From an uncultured Acidobacteriota bacterium (GTDB lineage Bacteria; Acidobacteriota; Thermoanaerobaculia; Multivoradales; JBCCEF01), in NCBI GenBank assembly GCA_963730155.1, contig CAVSQV010000003.1, positions 2,938,496-3,002,495 of the forward strand: 64,000 nt of DNA. The letters are read 5' to 3'. The position numbers were made by a program, and so were the translations under genes. The notes under the pieces are model-generated. The model was not told where the DNA came from and made no database searches. It saw only the letters and a list, made by a program, of their open reading frames with translations. This document shows positions 17,206-26,545 of this stretch, piece after piece; within the stretch, counting starts at the first letter, position 1; each line of letters begins with the position of its first letter.

Positions 17206-19926
17206 GTGCCGCCGATGGCCGAAGCGCCCGCAAGATCCCAGAGCGCTCCACCCGGCACGCGCCCCCGCGCGGGCCGCCGCCTTGCCCTCCTCTTGGCCAT
17301 CCTTGCGCTCGGCGCCTGCTCGGCCGAGCCGCCACCGGCGGACAACTCGCCGGCCCGCCGCCTGCAGCTCGCCGACGGCTGGCGGATCCGGGCCGCGGCC
17401 GAGGTTACGGCGGGCGGCGAGACGGTCTCGAGCGCCGGCTTCGACGACGCCGGCTGGCACGCGGCGCGGGTGCCGTCGACCGTGCTCGGCGCGCTGGTCG
17501 ACGGCGGCCTCTACGGCGATCCCTACTTCGGCGACAACCTAGAGCGGATCCCGAAGGAGCAGTTCGCGGGGGCGTGGTGGTACCGGCGTGAGATCGAGAT
17601 CGCGCCGCCGGCGCCCGGGACGCGCCACCGGCTCGAGCTCGACGGCGTCAACCAGCGGGCGAACGTCTGGCTCAACGGTGAGCTGGTGGCGGGAGCCGGC
17701 GAGGTCGTGGGCGCCTTCCGGCGCTTCCGCTTCGACGTCACCGGCCGCCTGACCGCGGGCGTCAACGCGCTCGCGATCGAGGTCCTGCCGCCGCGGCCGG
17801 GCGACTTCACGATCGGCTTCGTCGACTGGAACCCGGTGCCGCCCGACCGCAACATGGGGCTCTGGCGCGGAGTGGCGCTGGCGGCGACCGGGGCGGTCGA
17901 GATCGACGACGTCTTCGTCCGCACCGATCTCGATCTCGGCGGCGCGGGCGGCGGCGCCCGCGAGGGCCGCGTGACGGTCTCGGCCCTCCTCGCCAACGGC
18001 TCACCGGAGCCGGTCGCGGGGGAGCTGCGCGGCGAAATCGAGGGCCGCCGCTTCCGCCTCCCCTACGTGCTCGCCGCCGGCGAGGAGCAGCGGGTCGAGC
18101 TGTCGCCGGAGCGGCTCCCCGAGCTGACTTTCGAGCGGCCGCGGCTCTGGTGGCCGCACGACCTCGGCGAGCCGGCGCTCTACGAGCTGCGGCTCGAGGC
18201 GGCGGTCGGTGACGGCGGCGGCGAGGTCTCGGACGCCGAGCGGGTCACCTTCGGCATGCGCGAGGTGTCGGACTACCGGAACGCCGAGGGTCACCGCGGC
18301 TACCGGATCAACGGCCGCGAGGTGCTGATCCGCGGCGGCGGCTGGGTCGACGAGCTGCTCCTGCGCGAGGACCCGCGGAAGGTCGAGGATCAGGTGCTCC
18401 TCGCCAAGCACGCCAACCTCAACGCCCTGCGGCTCGAGGGTTTCTGGGGCTCGAGCGAGACGATCTACGAGCTCGCCGACCGCCACGGCCTCTTGGTCCT
18501 CGTCGGCTGGAGCTGCCAGTGGGAGTGGGAGGAGTACCTCGGCGGGCCGGTCGACGAGTTCGGCGGCATCGACACCGAGGAGGAGATCGAGCTGGTCGCG
18601 GCCTCGTGGGCCGACCAGGTCGCCTGGCTGCGCAACCACCCGAGCGTCCTGGTCTGGGTGCTGGCGAGCGACATGCTGCCGCGGCCCGCGCTCGAGCGGC
18701 GCTACCGCGACGAGCTGGCGGCGCTCGACCCGTCGCGCCCGGCGCTCGCCGCCTGCTCGGTGCGCACCAGCGAGGTCAGCGGGCCGACCGGGGTCAAGAT
18801 GAACGGCCCCTACGACTGGGTGCCGCCGGTCTACTGGTATCTCGACCGCGAGCGCGGCGGCGCCTACGGCTTCAACACCGAGACCGGCCCCGGGCCGCAG
18901 CCGCCGCCGCTCGAGAGCGTCCGGCGGATGATCCCGCCCGAGCACCTCTGGCCGATCGACGAGATGTGGGACTACCACTGCGGCCGCCACGAGTTCAACA
19001 CCCTCGACCGCTACAACCTCGCGCTCGACCGCCGCTACGGCCCGTCGGACGGCGTCGAGGAGTATCTGGTCAAGGCCCAGGCCGCGAGCTACGAGGCGGT
19101 CCGCGCCATGTTCGAGGCGTTCGCGGTGAACCGGCCGTCGACCACCGGCGTCGTCCAGTGGATGCTCAACTCGGCGTGGCCGGAGATGTACTGGCAGCTC
19201 TACGACTACTACCTGATGCCCAACGGCGCCTTCTACGGCACGCGCATGGCCGGGCAGCCGCTGAGCCTGGTCTACGACTACGGCGACGGCACCGTCCGGG
19301 CGGTCAACGCCACCCTCGAGCCGGCCGCCGGGCTGGAGGCGACGGTGCGCGTCCTCGGCCTCGACTCGCGGGTGATCCACGAGGAGACCGTCGCGGTCGA
19401 CGTCCCGCCCGGCCGCGCGGCGGCGGTCGCCGAGATCGCGGCGCCGCCGGGCGAGCCGGTCTGGTTCCTCGACCTGCGGCTCCGGCGGCCAGGCGGCGCG
19501 GAGGCGGGCCGCAACTTCTACTGGCTGTCGGCGAAGCCGGACGTCCTCGACTGGGAGGCCTCGACCTGGTTCTACACCCCGGCGCGCGAGTTCGCCGACT
19601 TCACCGCCCTCGACCGCCTGCCCCCGGCCCGGCTCGCCGCGAGCGTGACGGTCGAGGAGGCCGGGGACGACGGCGAGCGCCTCCTGCGCGCACGGCTGCG
19701 CAACGAGGGCGATTCGCTCGCCTTCTTCGTCGAGCTGCGCGCGGTCGACGCCGCGACCGGCGCGACCCTGCTGCCGGTGCGCTGGGACGACAACTACGTC
19801 TCGCTCCTGCCGGGCGAGGAGCGCGAGCTGACCGCCCGGTTTCGCGCCGGTGACGGTCCGGCCGGCGGCGGCGTCCGGCTCGACTGGTCGGGTTGGAACG
19901 TCGCCCCCGGTTCGGCGGCGCCGTGA
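17206..19926 (+). CDS. Glycoside hydrolase family 2 lipoprotein (exo-beta-D-glucosaminidase or beta-mannosidase-like)
   Basis: 906 aa. Lipoprotein signal LLLAILALGACS. The N-terminal sugar-binding, central TIM-barrel (..NALRLEGFWGSSETIYELADRHGLLVLVGWSCQWEWEEY..WMLNSAWPEMYWQLYDYY..) and C-terminal beta-sandwich regions are typical of GH2. Confidence 0.85.
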   Translation: MPPMAEAPARSQSAPPGTRPRAGRRLALLLAILALGACSAEPPPADNSPARRLQLADGWRIRAAAEVTAGGETVSSAGFDDAGWHAARVPSTVLGALVDGGLYGDPYFGDNLERIPKEQFAGAWWYRREIEIAPPAPGTRHRLELDGVNQRANVWLNGELVAGAGEVVGAFRRFRFDVTGRLTAGVNALAIEVLPPRPGDFTIGFVDWNPVPPDRNMGLWRGVALAATGAVEIDDVFVRTDLDLGGAGGGAREGRVTVSALLANGSPEPVAGELRGEIEGRRFRLPYVLAAGEEQRVELSPERLPELTFERPRLWWPHDLGEPALYELRLEAAVGDGGGEVSDAERVTFGMREVSDYRNAEGHRGYRINGREVLIRGGGWVDELLLREDPRKVEDQVLLAKHANLNALRLEGFWGSSETIYELADRHGLLVLVGWSCQWEWEEYLGGPVDEFGGIDTEEEIELVAASWADQVAWLRNHPSVLVWVLASDMLPRPALERRYRDELAALDPSRPALAACSVRTSEVSGPTGVKMNGPYDWVPPVYWYLDRERGGAYGFNTETGPGPQPPPLESVRRMIPPEHLWPIDEMWDYHCGRHEFNTLDRYNLALDRRYGPSDGVEEYLVKAQAASYEAVRAMFEAFAVNRPSTTGVVQWMLNSAWPEMYWQLYDYYLMPNGAFYGTRMAGQPLSLVYDYGDGTVRAVNATLEPAAGLEATVRVLGLDSRVIHEETVAVDVPPGRAAAVAEIAAPPGEPVWFLDLRLRRPGGAEAGRNFYWLSAKPDVLDWEASTWFYTPAREFADFTALDRLPPARLAASVTVEEAGDDGERLLRARLRNEGDSLAFFVELRAVDAATGATLLPVRWDDNYVSLLPGEERELTARFRAGDGPAGGGVRLDWSGWNVAPGSAAP

Positions 19927-20984
19927 GTCTGCGCGGCGAGATCCTCGAGCAGCCGGCGGTGCTCCGGCGTCTCCTCGCCGCGCAGTCCGGCGCCGCGGCC
20001 GCGATCGCCGCCGAGGTCGCGCGCACCGGGATCGACTACGTCTACCTTGCGGCGCGCGGCACCTCGGACAACGCCGGCCGCTACGCCCAGTACGCCTGGG
20101 GCGCCCTCGGCGGCGTGCCGGTGGCGCTCGCGGCGCCGTCGCTGTTCAGCGTCTACCGGCGGCCGCCGCGGCTCGGCCGGGCGCTCGCGGTCGGCGTCTC
20201 GCAGTCGGGGCAGTCGCCGGACATCGTCGCGGTGATCGAGGAGGCGGCGCGCCAGGGCGCCCCGACGCTGGCGATCACCAACGACCCGGCGTCGCCCCTG
20301 GCGCGCGCGGCGCGCTTCGTCCTCGACACCGCGACCGGCCCGGAGGACGCGGTGGCGGCGACCAAGACCTACACCGCGCAGCTCCTCGCGATCGCGCTCC
20401 TGGCCGCGGCGATGGCGCCCGCGGGCGGGCTCGGCGGTGATCTCGCGGGTGAGCTGGCCGGCGATCTCGAGCGCGTCCCCGGCTGGATCGAGGAGATGCT
20501 CGGCCGGGAGGACGACGCGGCCGCCGCCGCCGGGCGCCACCGCGCGGTCGAGCGCGCGGTCGTCCTCGGCCGCGGCTACGACTACGCCACCGCCTGGGAG
20601 TGGTCGCTCAAGCTCAAGGAGCTGGCCTACGTGGCGGCCGAGCCGTACTCGCCGTCGGACTTCCAGCACGGGCCGGTGGCGATGATCGAGCCCGGCTTCC
20701 CGGTGCTGGCGATCGCGGCGCGCGGCGCCGCGCTCGACGGCACCCGCGATCTCCTGGCGCGTCTCGCCGGCGAGCGCGGCGCCGAGCTGACCGTGCTCTC
20801 GAACGACGAGCGGACCCTCGCGCTCGCCGCGACCCCGCTGCCGCTGCCGGCCGACCTGCCCGACTGGCTGAGCCCGCTGGTCGCGATCGTCCCCGCCCAG
20901 CTCTACTGCCTGCACCTGGCCCGCGCCCGCGGCTGCGACGTCGAGGCGCCCAGAGGGCTCCGCAAGGTCACGCGCACGCTCTGA
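19923..20984 (+). CDS. Tandem-SIS-domain sugar-phosphate isomerase or deaminase (GlmS C-terminal/AgaS/NagB-II-like)
   Basis: GTG start with a 4-nt GTGA overlap on the GH2 stop. Two SIS domains are present (..VYLAARGTSDNAGRYAQY.., ..VGVSQSGQSPDIVAV.., ..VVLGRGYDYATAWEWSLKLKELAYV..). Confidence 0.75.
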   Translation: MSLRGEILEQPAVLRRLLAAQSGAAAAIAAEVARTGIDYVYLAARGTSDNAGRYAQYAWGALGGVPVALAAPSLFSVYRRPPRLGRALAVGVSQSGQSPDIVAVIEEAARQGAPTLAITNDPASPLARAARFVLDTATGPEDAVAATKTYTAQLLAIALLAAAMAPAGGLGGDLAGELAGDLERVPGWIEEMLGREDDAAAAAGRHRAVERAVVLGRGYDYATAWEWSLKLKELAYVAAEPYSPSDFQHGPVAMIEPGFPVLAIAARGAALDGTRDLLARLAGERGAELTVLSNDERTLALAATPLPLPADLPDWLSPLVAIVPAQLYCLHLARARGCDVEAPRGLRKVTRTL

Positions 20985-20987
20985 CCG

Positions 20988-22557
20988 CTACCGGTGAAGG
21001 GCCCAGAAGCCCGGCGCCGGCGCCTCGCGGTGGACGTAGAGGCTGGCGCCGTCGCGGGAGACCGTGCCGTGCCAGCTCTCGGCATCGACCGTCAGGCGGA
21101 GGCCGCAGCCCGCGGAACGCTCGGCGGCGATCGGCTCGGAGCTCTCGCCGCCCTCGGGCAGCGGCCAGCTCAGCCGGCCCTCGAAGCCGCCGGCGGCGGC
21201 GGCCAGCGTCAGCCGCAGGCGGCTCTCGATCAGCTCGCCCCCTTCGCCGACCGCGGCGCCGCCGCCGACCCACTCGCCGGCCGGGTCGCAGGCGGCGCCG
21301 GCCGCGGTATCGGCAGGCGGGCGCGCCGCGGCCGGATCGGAGAGCGCGAAGGCCTCGGTCGAGCGCACGAACGAGGTCAGGTAGCCGTTGCAGTCGACGA
21401 TCCCGGCCAGGTGCGCCGGCGGCTCGCCCGCCGGAGGCGGCACCCCCGGGATTCCGCGCCAGGGTCCCGAGCTGCGACCGGTAGGCCTCGACGGCCCGGA
21501 GCTTCTCCGCCTCGGGGCCGCGGTACATCCGCTCCGGCAGGCAGAGGTGGAGCGGCTCGCCGTACGGGGCGTCGTCGGGGAAGGCGTCCGGCCACTCGGG
21601 GCGGAAGCGGTGCGCGCGCAAGGCGGCGATCCATCCCGGGTCGGCCTCGGCGCAGCGCTCGTCGGGGCAGGCGCAGGCGACCGCCTCGGGACCCGGATAC
21701 CAGCAGTCCGGCGCCGGCGCGTGCTTCGGCGTGTGGGCGTGGATGACCGCGTAGGCCACCGGCCGCGGGCGCTCGAAGCCGTCGTTGATCGACTTGACGA
21801 AGTTGCCCAAACCGGCGTGGTCGCCGTGGCCGTCGAGCGGGTGGGTGGTCGCGAGCAGCGTGCGCTCGGAGGTGGCGGCGATCCGCGCCGAGAGCGCCGC
21901 CGCCAGGGTCCCGGCGGTCAGCTCGGTCACCGGGCCCTCGCCGTAGCCGCCGGCGCAGCTCTCGCAGTCGGCGCAGGCGCCGAAGTCCGAGCGCCGGAGC
22001 GGGGTCGACGGCCGGCCCAGGCGGGCCTCGCGCCAGGCCGCGGCGAGGCCGGTGTCGGGGTAGCCGAGGAAGGCCGGCGCCGGGCGGCCGAGGAGCGCCG
22101 CCGCCGCGGTGCTCTCGCCCCGGCGCACCCGCGCGAACTCCGCGAGGTCGGCGGCGTCGCAGGTGGCGCCGCGCACCGAGCCGCTGCTCCAGAAGCGGCA
22201 CGCCTCGCAGTAGGCGTCGCCCTCGGTGACGACGACCACCTCGACCGGCTTGCCCTGCTCGAGGTAGGCCGCGGTCAGGCCGGCGAAGCCGAGCACCTCG
22301 TCGTCGGGATGGGGCGCGAGCACCAGGAGGCCGTCATAGCCGGTGAGCGCGGCGTCGTCGCACGCCGGAGCCGGCGGAGCGGCTAGTTCGCCCTCGGGCA
22401 CCGCGGCGCAGACCGGCGGACCGGCGGGCGGGGCGCCGGGAGCGCCGGCCTCCCGCCGCGCGGCGCCGGCGCAGGCGAAGAGGAGAAGCAGGGGGATCGC
22501 GACGGCGAGCCGCGGCCGCGCCGGGCGGCCCTCGGCTCGATGGTCAGTTGCCCTCAT
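20988..22557 (-). CDS. PIG-L/LmbE-family deacetylase with a possible appended C-terminal domain (frameshift near 21443-21450)
   Basis: RBS ggagg then the second ATG (MRATDHRAEGRPARPRLAVAIPLLLLFACAGAA, signal-like). LmbE motifs are present: LVLAPHPDDEVLGFAGL, HPLDGHGDH and AVEAYRSQ. After ...RSQLGTLARNPGG the LmbE reading frame degenerates into Arg/Gly-rich sequence. A different frame (track ORF 20988..21443) encodes a protein-like 150 aa domain (GIVDCNGYLTSFVRSTEAF...SLYVHREAPAPGFWALHR). The junction sits at a C5G3 homopolymer (cacccccggg). Confidence 0.6.
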
Positions 22558-22694
22558 GGAACCTCCAGGCGGCCATTCTAGCGGCACGCTCTCTGGGCCC
22601 GCGGGCTCTTGCGACGCTCAAGGACTTTGCATACATTTCCTCGCCGATCGAGGACAGTGATCCCAGCCCCGAGAATACGGAGGGAGCGACTGCG

Positions 22695-23954
22695 ATGAGA
22701 GTCGAGACGCGATTCGTTCGGGTCCTGAGGCTCGCGGCCGCGGCGATCGCGGCCTGGCTGCTGCTGCCGGCCGCGGCGGGCGCGATCAACGTCTGCGGCG
22801 ACGGCGTCTGCCAGAAGACCGGCATCCCGATCGAGACCGCCACCAACTGCCCCCAGGACTGCGGCGGCGGATCGACGGAGCCGCGCCTGCCGTCCGACCT
22901 GCGCGGCCTGACGAGCTGCGCCTGGGGCGCCGCCGACTGCAACCCGCCGCTGACCGGCTTCAGCGCGATCCACCAGGTCAACAACCTGTTCACCGGCCAG
23001 GGCCAGGCCAAGCGCTCGCACCTCCTGGAGAAGACCGGCACCCAGAGCGTGCTCAACATGTCCTGGCACTGGCAGTCGATTCAGCGCGCGGTCGCGGGAA
23101 CGAACGGCCGCTTCCTCGCCGCGACCGCCTCGATCGACAACGCCCCCGGCCGCCTCTACGTCTTCGAGGTCGGCGAGGAGCCGGCGAACGGCGATCCGTT
23201 CGGCGCCGGCAGCGGCCAGGTCGGCGCCAACCGCTCGCTGATCATGCTCACCGCCGACAACCGCAGCTCGGGCGACGGCAAGCGCCGCAACCACGCCGGC
23301 GGCTCGCAGCTCCTGGGCCGGATCCTCGGCGTCGGCGTCGAGTGCCACAAGAACCAGAGCGTCTGCTCGGGGTTGAACGCCGCGGTCGCCTTCCACGACC
23401 TCTCGACGCCCGCGACGCCCGCCGCGCGGGGCAACTTCGAGCTCCCCTACACCAACGCCGGCACGGTGTCGCTGGCCAAGCTCGCGACCGGCGAGTACCT
23501 GATGATCGTCGGCGAGGGCGACGCCAACAAGCTCAACTTCTATACCTCGACCAGCCCGACCTCGGGGTGGACCTTCCGCGAGTCCTGGAGCAAGTCGACC
23601 GACACCGTGTTCACCTCGATCGGCGACAGCAACTACGGCGCCTACCAGAACCTCCACCTGGTCACCGACGCCACCGACGGCGGCCGGCTCTACCTGGTCG
23701 CGACGCACAACGACAGCGCCCTCGCCAACGGCGACGACTGGGTCGACCTCTACCGGGTCGAGAGCGTCGCCGGGCAGGCGCGGCTGACCAAGGTCGCCAA
23801 GCGGCACATCTGGTGCGACTCGTTCTGCAACCTCGACGCCGGCGGCGGCGCCTACGTCACCCCGGCCGGCCGCCTGGTGGTCTACGGCATCGAGCACTAC
23901 CCGGACGGCTGCGGCCAGACCTGCACGCGGACCGCGGAGTACGCGTTCCCGTGA
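22695..23954 (+). CDS. Hypothetical secreted protein (419 aa)
   Basis: RBS ggagggagcgac then ATG. The signal peptide is MRVETRFVRVLRLAAAAIAAWLLLPAAAGA. It is followed by a small Cys-rich module (INVCGDGVCQKTGIPIETATNCPQDCGG) and a beta-rich Ser/Thr/Asn-rich domain. No family could be assigned. Confidence 0.55.
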   Translation: MRVETRFVRVLRLAAAAIAAWLLLPAAAGAINVCGDGVCQKTGIPIETATNCPQDCGGGSTEPRLPSDLRGLTSCAWGAADCNPPLTGFSAIHQVNNLFTGQGQAKRSHLLEKTGTQSVLNMSWHWQSIQRAVAGTNGRFLAATASIDNAPGRLYVFEVGEEPANGDPFGAGSGQVGANRSLIMLTADNRSSGDGKRRNHAGGSQLLGRILGVGVECHKNQSVCSGLNAAVAFHDLSTPATPAARGNFELPYTNAGTVSLAKLATGEYLMIVGEGDANKLNFYTSTSPTSGWTFRESWSKSTDTVFTSIGDSNYGAYQNLHLVTDATDGGRLYLVATHNDSALANGDDWVDLYRVESVAGQARLTKVAKRHIWCDSFCNLDAGGGAYVTPAGRLVVYGIEHYPDGCGQTCTRTAEYAFP

Positions 23955-23960
23955 CGCCGG

Positions 23961-24827
23961 TCACACCGGCCGGTTGACCCCCAACCGCCAGCGGTCGTTC
24001 CAGCGCGCCCGGTCGCGCTGGCGGCGGGGCGACAGCGGCGCCCACTCGGGGGCGGCGGCGGAGACCCAGGCGGCGAGCAGCTCGGCGCGGTCGCCGTGGC
24101 CGACGCGGTCGAGCAGGAAGCCGAGGCGCTGGCTCCAGGGGACCGGCGACAGCTCCGCCGCGGCGCGCAGGCGCTCCGGGTCGAGGACCGGTGCCAGCTC
24201 GGCGAGGACGCTCGTCACCTCGTCGAGACCGCCGCAGTGGCGGGGGTAGCCGATGAGGTCGAACGCGGTCGCCTCCGGGGTCGAGAACCGCAGCGGGCCG
24301 CGCGGCGTCGCCACCTCCTCGACCGGCACCTCGGCGGCGTTGTGGCGGGCGACGAACCCGACCCGCACCGGACCGCAGCGGATCCGCGGGCGGTTGCCCG
24401 GCACCACGACCTGGAACTCCGCCGGCGCGGCCGCCCCGACGTGATGGGCGGCGGCGGTCAGCAGGCCGGCGTAGTAGGGGGTCCCGAGGTGCGCCATGAG
24501 CTGGGGCACGAGCTCCTCGACGGGCGGGGCGCCGAGCCGGCGGTGCTCGGGGGCGAGCACGACGTGGAAGCCGCGGTAGGGAACCGCGACCCGGCCGCTG
24601 GTCTTGAGCCGGCCGAGGATCCAGCGCGCGTTGGCGAGGGAGCCGCCGAGCGCTCTCACCGCCTCTTCGGTCGAGAAGGCCAGGCGGTCGCGGGCGATCA
24701 TCTCGTGGAGGAAGGCGGCCGCGGGTCCGGGCCGTTCGGCCTCCGGCGCGGGTCCGTCCCCCCGCCTCCTCCCGTCGTTCCCGCTCGTCTTCGACCCCGA
24801 TTCGTCACTGATGTGACGACGGTCCAT
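23961..24827 (-). CDS. AbiEi-like (COG5340-type) antitoxin-family transcriptional regulator, with no AbiEii partner in the window
   Basis: Start MDRRHISDES. An N-terminal wHTH-like segment (FSTEEAVRALGGSLANARWILGRLKTSGRVAVPYRGFHVV) is followed by a C-terminal region (VPQLMAHLGTPYYAGLLTAAAHHVGAAAPAEFQVVVPGNRPRIRCGPVRVGFVARHN) resembling AbiEi/COG5340 proteins. No COG2253/DUF1814 nucleotidyltransferase lies adjacent. The assignment is from memory of the family pattern. Confidence 0.5.
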   Translation of the reverse strand: MDRRHISDESGSKTSGNDGRRRGDGPAPEAERPGPAAAFLHEMIARDRLAFSTEEAVRALGGSLANARWILGRLKTSGRVAVPYRGFHVVLAPEHRRLGAPPVEELVPQLMAHLGTPYYAGLLTAAAHHVGAAAPAEFQVVVPGNRPRIRCGPVRVGFVARHNAAEVPVEEVATPRGPLRFSTPEATAFDLIGYPRHCGGLDEVTSVLAELAPVLDPERLRAAAELSPVPWSQRLGFLLDRVGHGDRAELLAAWVSAAAPEWAPLSPRRQRDRARWNDRWRLGVNRPV

Positions 24828-24873
24828 GCCGGTAGGTCCGGCCGGGAGCCGGGGCGGTTCAGCGCCGCCGGAA

Positions 24874-26124
24874 TCAGCGCTTTTTCTCGGCGCTCTTGAA
24901 GAAGTCGCCGAGGGTGCCGAGGCCGCCGCCGGCGCGGCCGCCCTGGCCGGCCGGCGATCCCGGCGCGGCGGCGGCCTCGTCGCGCGCCTCGTCCTCACCG
25001 TCGGCGCCGGCGTCGCCGGGCCGGGCCATCGACAGCGAGATGCGGCGCCGCTCGGGATCGACCGCGAGCACCGTGACCGTGACTTCCTGGCCGACCTCGA
25101 CCACCCGGCGCGGATGGTCGATCCGGCGGCCGGCGCCGAGCTCGCTGACGTGGACCAGGCCGTCGATCCCGGGGGCCAGCTCGACGAAGGCGCCGAACGT
25201 CTCGAGGCGGGCGATCCGGCCGCGCACCTCGGAGCCCTGGGCGAAGCGCGCGGCCGCGTCGCGCCAGGGATCGGGCGCGAGCGCGCGGCTCGAGAGCGAG
25301 ACGCGGCCGGGTGCGCCGGGCTTCCTCGGCTCCTCGATCTTCCTCACCTCGACGTCGATCTCCTGGCCTACGGCCAGCACCTCGGCGGGATCGGCGACCC
25401 GCGCGTGGCTGATCTCGCTGACGTGGAGGAGCCCCTCGATGCCGCCGAGGTCGACGAAGGCGCCGTAGGAGGTCAGCGAGGTGACCTTGCCGCGGACGAC
25501 CTTGCCGACCGCGAGCCGGGCGAGCGCCTCGGCGGCGCGCGCGGCCGCCTCCTCGGCCAGCAGATCGCGGCGCGACAGCACGACGTCGGGGCGGCGGCCG
25601 CGGCCGCTCTCGAGCTTGGTGACGCGGAAGGTCAGGCGCCGGCCGACGAACTCCGAGGGGTCGGCGACGAAGCCGAGGTCGAGCTGCGACACCGGGCAGA
25701 AGGCGCGCACGCCGGCGACCTCGACATCGACGCCCCCCTTGTTGACGCCGGTGACCCGCCCTTCGACCGGGATGCGGTGGCGCGCCGCCTGCTCCAGCTC
25801 GGCCCAGGCCGCCTCGCCGCCGGCGCCGGTGCGCCCCGGCCGGACCCGCAGCACCAGCCCGCCGGTCTCGCGGTCGAGCGCGGCGACCACCGCCTCGACC
25901 CGGTCGCCGACCGCGACCGTCAGCCCGCCCTCCGCATCGCGCAGCTCGTCGAGGGCGATCATCCCCTCCGACTTGCCGCCGAGGGCGACGAAGGCGGTGT
26001 CCTCCCCGAGCGAGACGATCTCCCCCTCGACCCGGTCCCCGATCTTCGGCGCCGCCGCCGGCGCCGCCTGCTCGGCCTCGAAGCGGGCGAGGAGGGTGGC
26101 GAAGTCTTCCTGGTCCACGATCAC
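24874..26124 (-). CDS. RNA-binding protein with four S1 domains (ribosomal protein S1-like)
   Basis: 416 aa. S1/OB repeats appear as IGDRVEGEIVSLGEDTAFVALGG.., ..VEGRVTGVNKGGVDVEVAGVRAFCP.., ..VVRGKVTSLTSYGAFVDLGGIEGLLHVSEI.. and ..VRGRIARLETFGAFVELAPGIDGLVHVSEL... The protein is too short and too divergent to be canonical rpsA. Confidence 0.8.
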   Translation of the reverse strand: MIVDQEDFATLLARFEAEQAAPAAAPKIGDRVEGEIVSLGEDTAFVALGGKSEGMIALDELRDAEGGLTVAVGDRVEAVVAALDRETGGLVLRVRPGRTGAGGEAAWAELEQAARHRIPVEGRVTGVNKGGVDVEVAGVRAFCPVSQLDLGFVADPSEFVGRRLTFRVTKLESGRGRRPDVVLSRRDLLAEEAAARAAEALARLAVGKVVRGKVTSLTSYGAFVDLGGIEGLLHVSEISHARVADPAEVLAVGQEIDVEVRKIEEPRKPGAPGRVSLSSRALAPDPWRDAAARFAQGSEVRGRIARLETFGAFVELAPGIDGLVHVSELGAGRRIDHPRRVVEVGQEVTVTVLAVDPERRRISLSMARPGDAGADGEDEARDEAAAAPGSPAGQGGRAGGGLGTLGDFFKSAEKKR

Positions 26125-26366
26125 CGCCGCATCCGCTCGAGCGTGACACGGACGATCTCGTCGGTCAGCGGCGGCAGCTCCTCCGCCGGAACCGCGACCG
26201 GCCCGTCGGCGGTCGTCTCGAGCGCCATCGGGGTCGTTGGCGGCTCGATCTCGATCAGCCCCTCGCGCTCCCGGATCTCGATCGCCTGACCGCCGGTCAG
26301 GTTGAGCCGTTCCCGCAGGCTCTCGGGGATGACGACGCGGCCGGCGGCGTCAATGGTCGTGACCAT
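26121..26366 (-). CDS. AbrB/MazE/SpoVT-family DNA-binding protein (antitoxin-like)
   Basis: 81 aa. The N-terminus MVTTIDAAGRVVIPESLRERLNLTGGQAIEIRER has the swapped-hairpin AbrB-type motif typical of VapB/MazE antitoxins. Its stop overlaps the S1-protein start by 4 nt (ATGA). Confidence 0.7.
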   Translation of the reverse strand: MVTTIDAAGRVVIPESLRERLNLTGGQAIEIREREGLIEIEPPTTPMALETTADGPVAVPAEELPPLTDEIVRVTLERMRR

Positions 26367-26545
26367 GGCACGACGATACCATCGGCGCGGGGAGCATCTC
26401 GCGTGGGCTCCTTTCCCGCCACCCCCTCATCCGACATCGATCACGGCTCCGTAGTCCGCTCTCGACCGCGGCTTTCCTGACCGCGGTCCTGCGGAGCAGC
26501 GCATGGAGCGCTCGCTCCTTACCCTTTCGTTGGGAGAGTCGAACC

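Noticed and set aside
14758-17460. 900-aa ORF on the minus strand overlapping the DUF3857/transglutaminase gene in another frame, and a 317-aa plus-strand ORF at 14796-15749
   Set aside because: These are alternative-frame or antisense artefacts. The real gene in this region has motifs and signal and anchor features that these ORFs lack.
17523-19380. Several 150-460-aa minus-strand ORFs inside the GH2 gene
   Set aside because: They are antisense to a well-supported 906-aa glycoside hydrolase and are low complexity.
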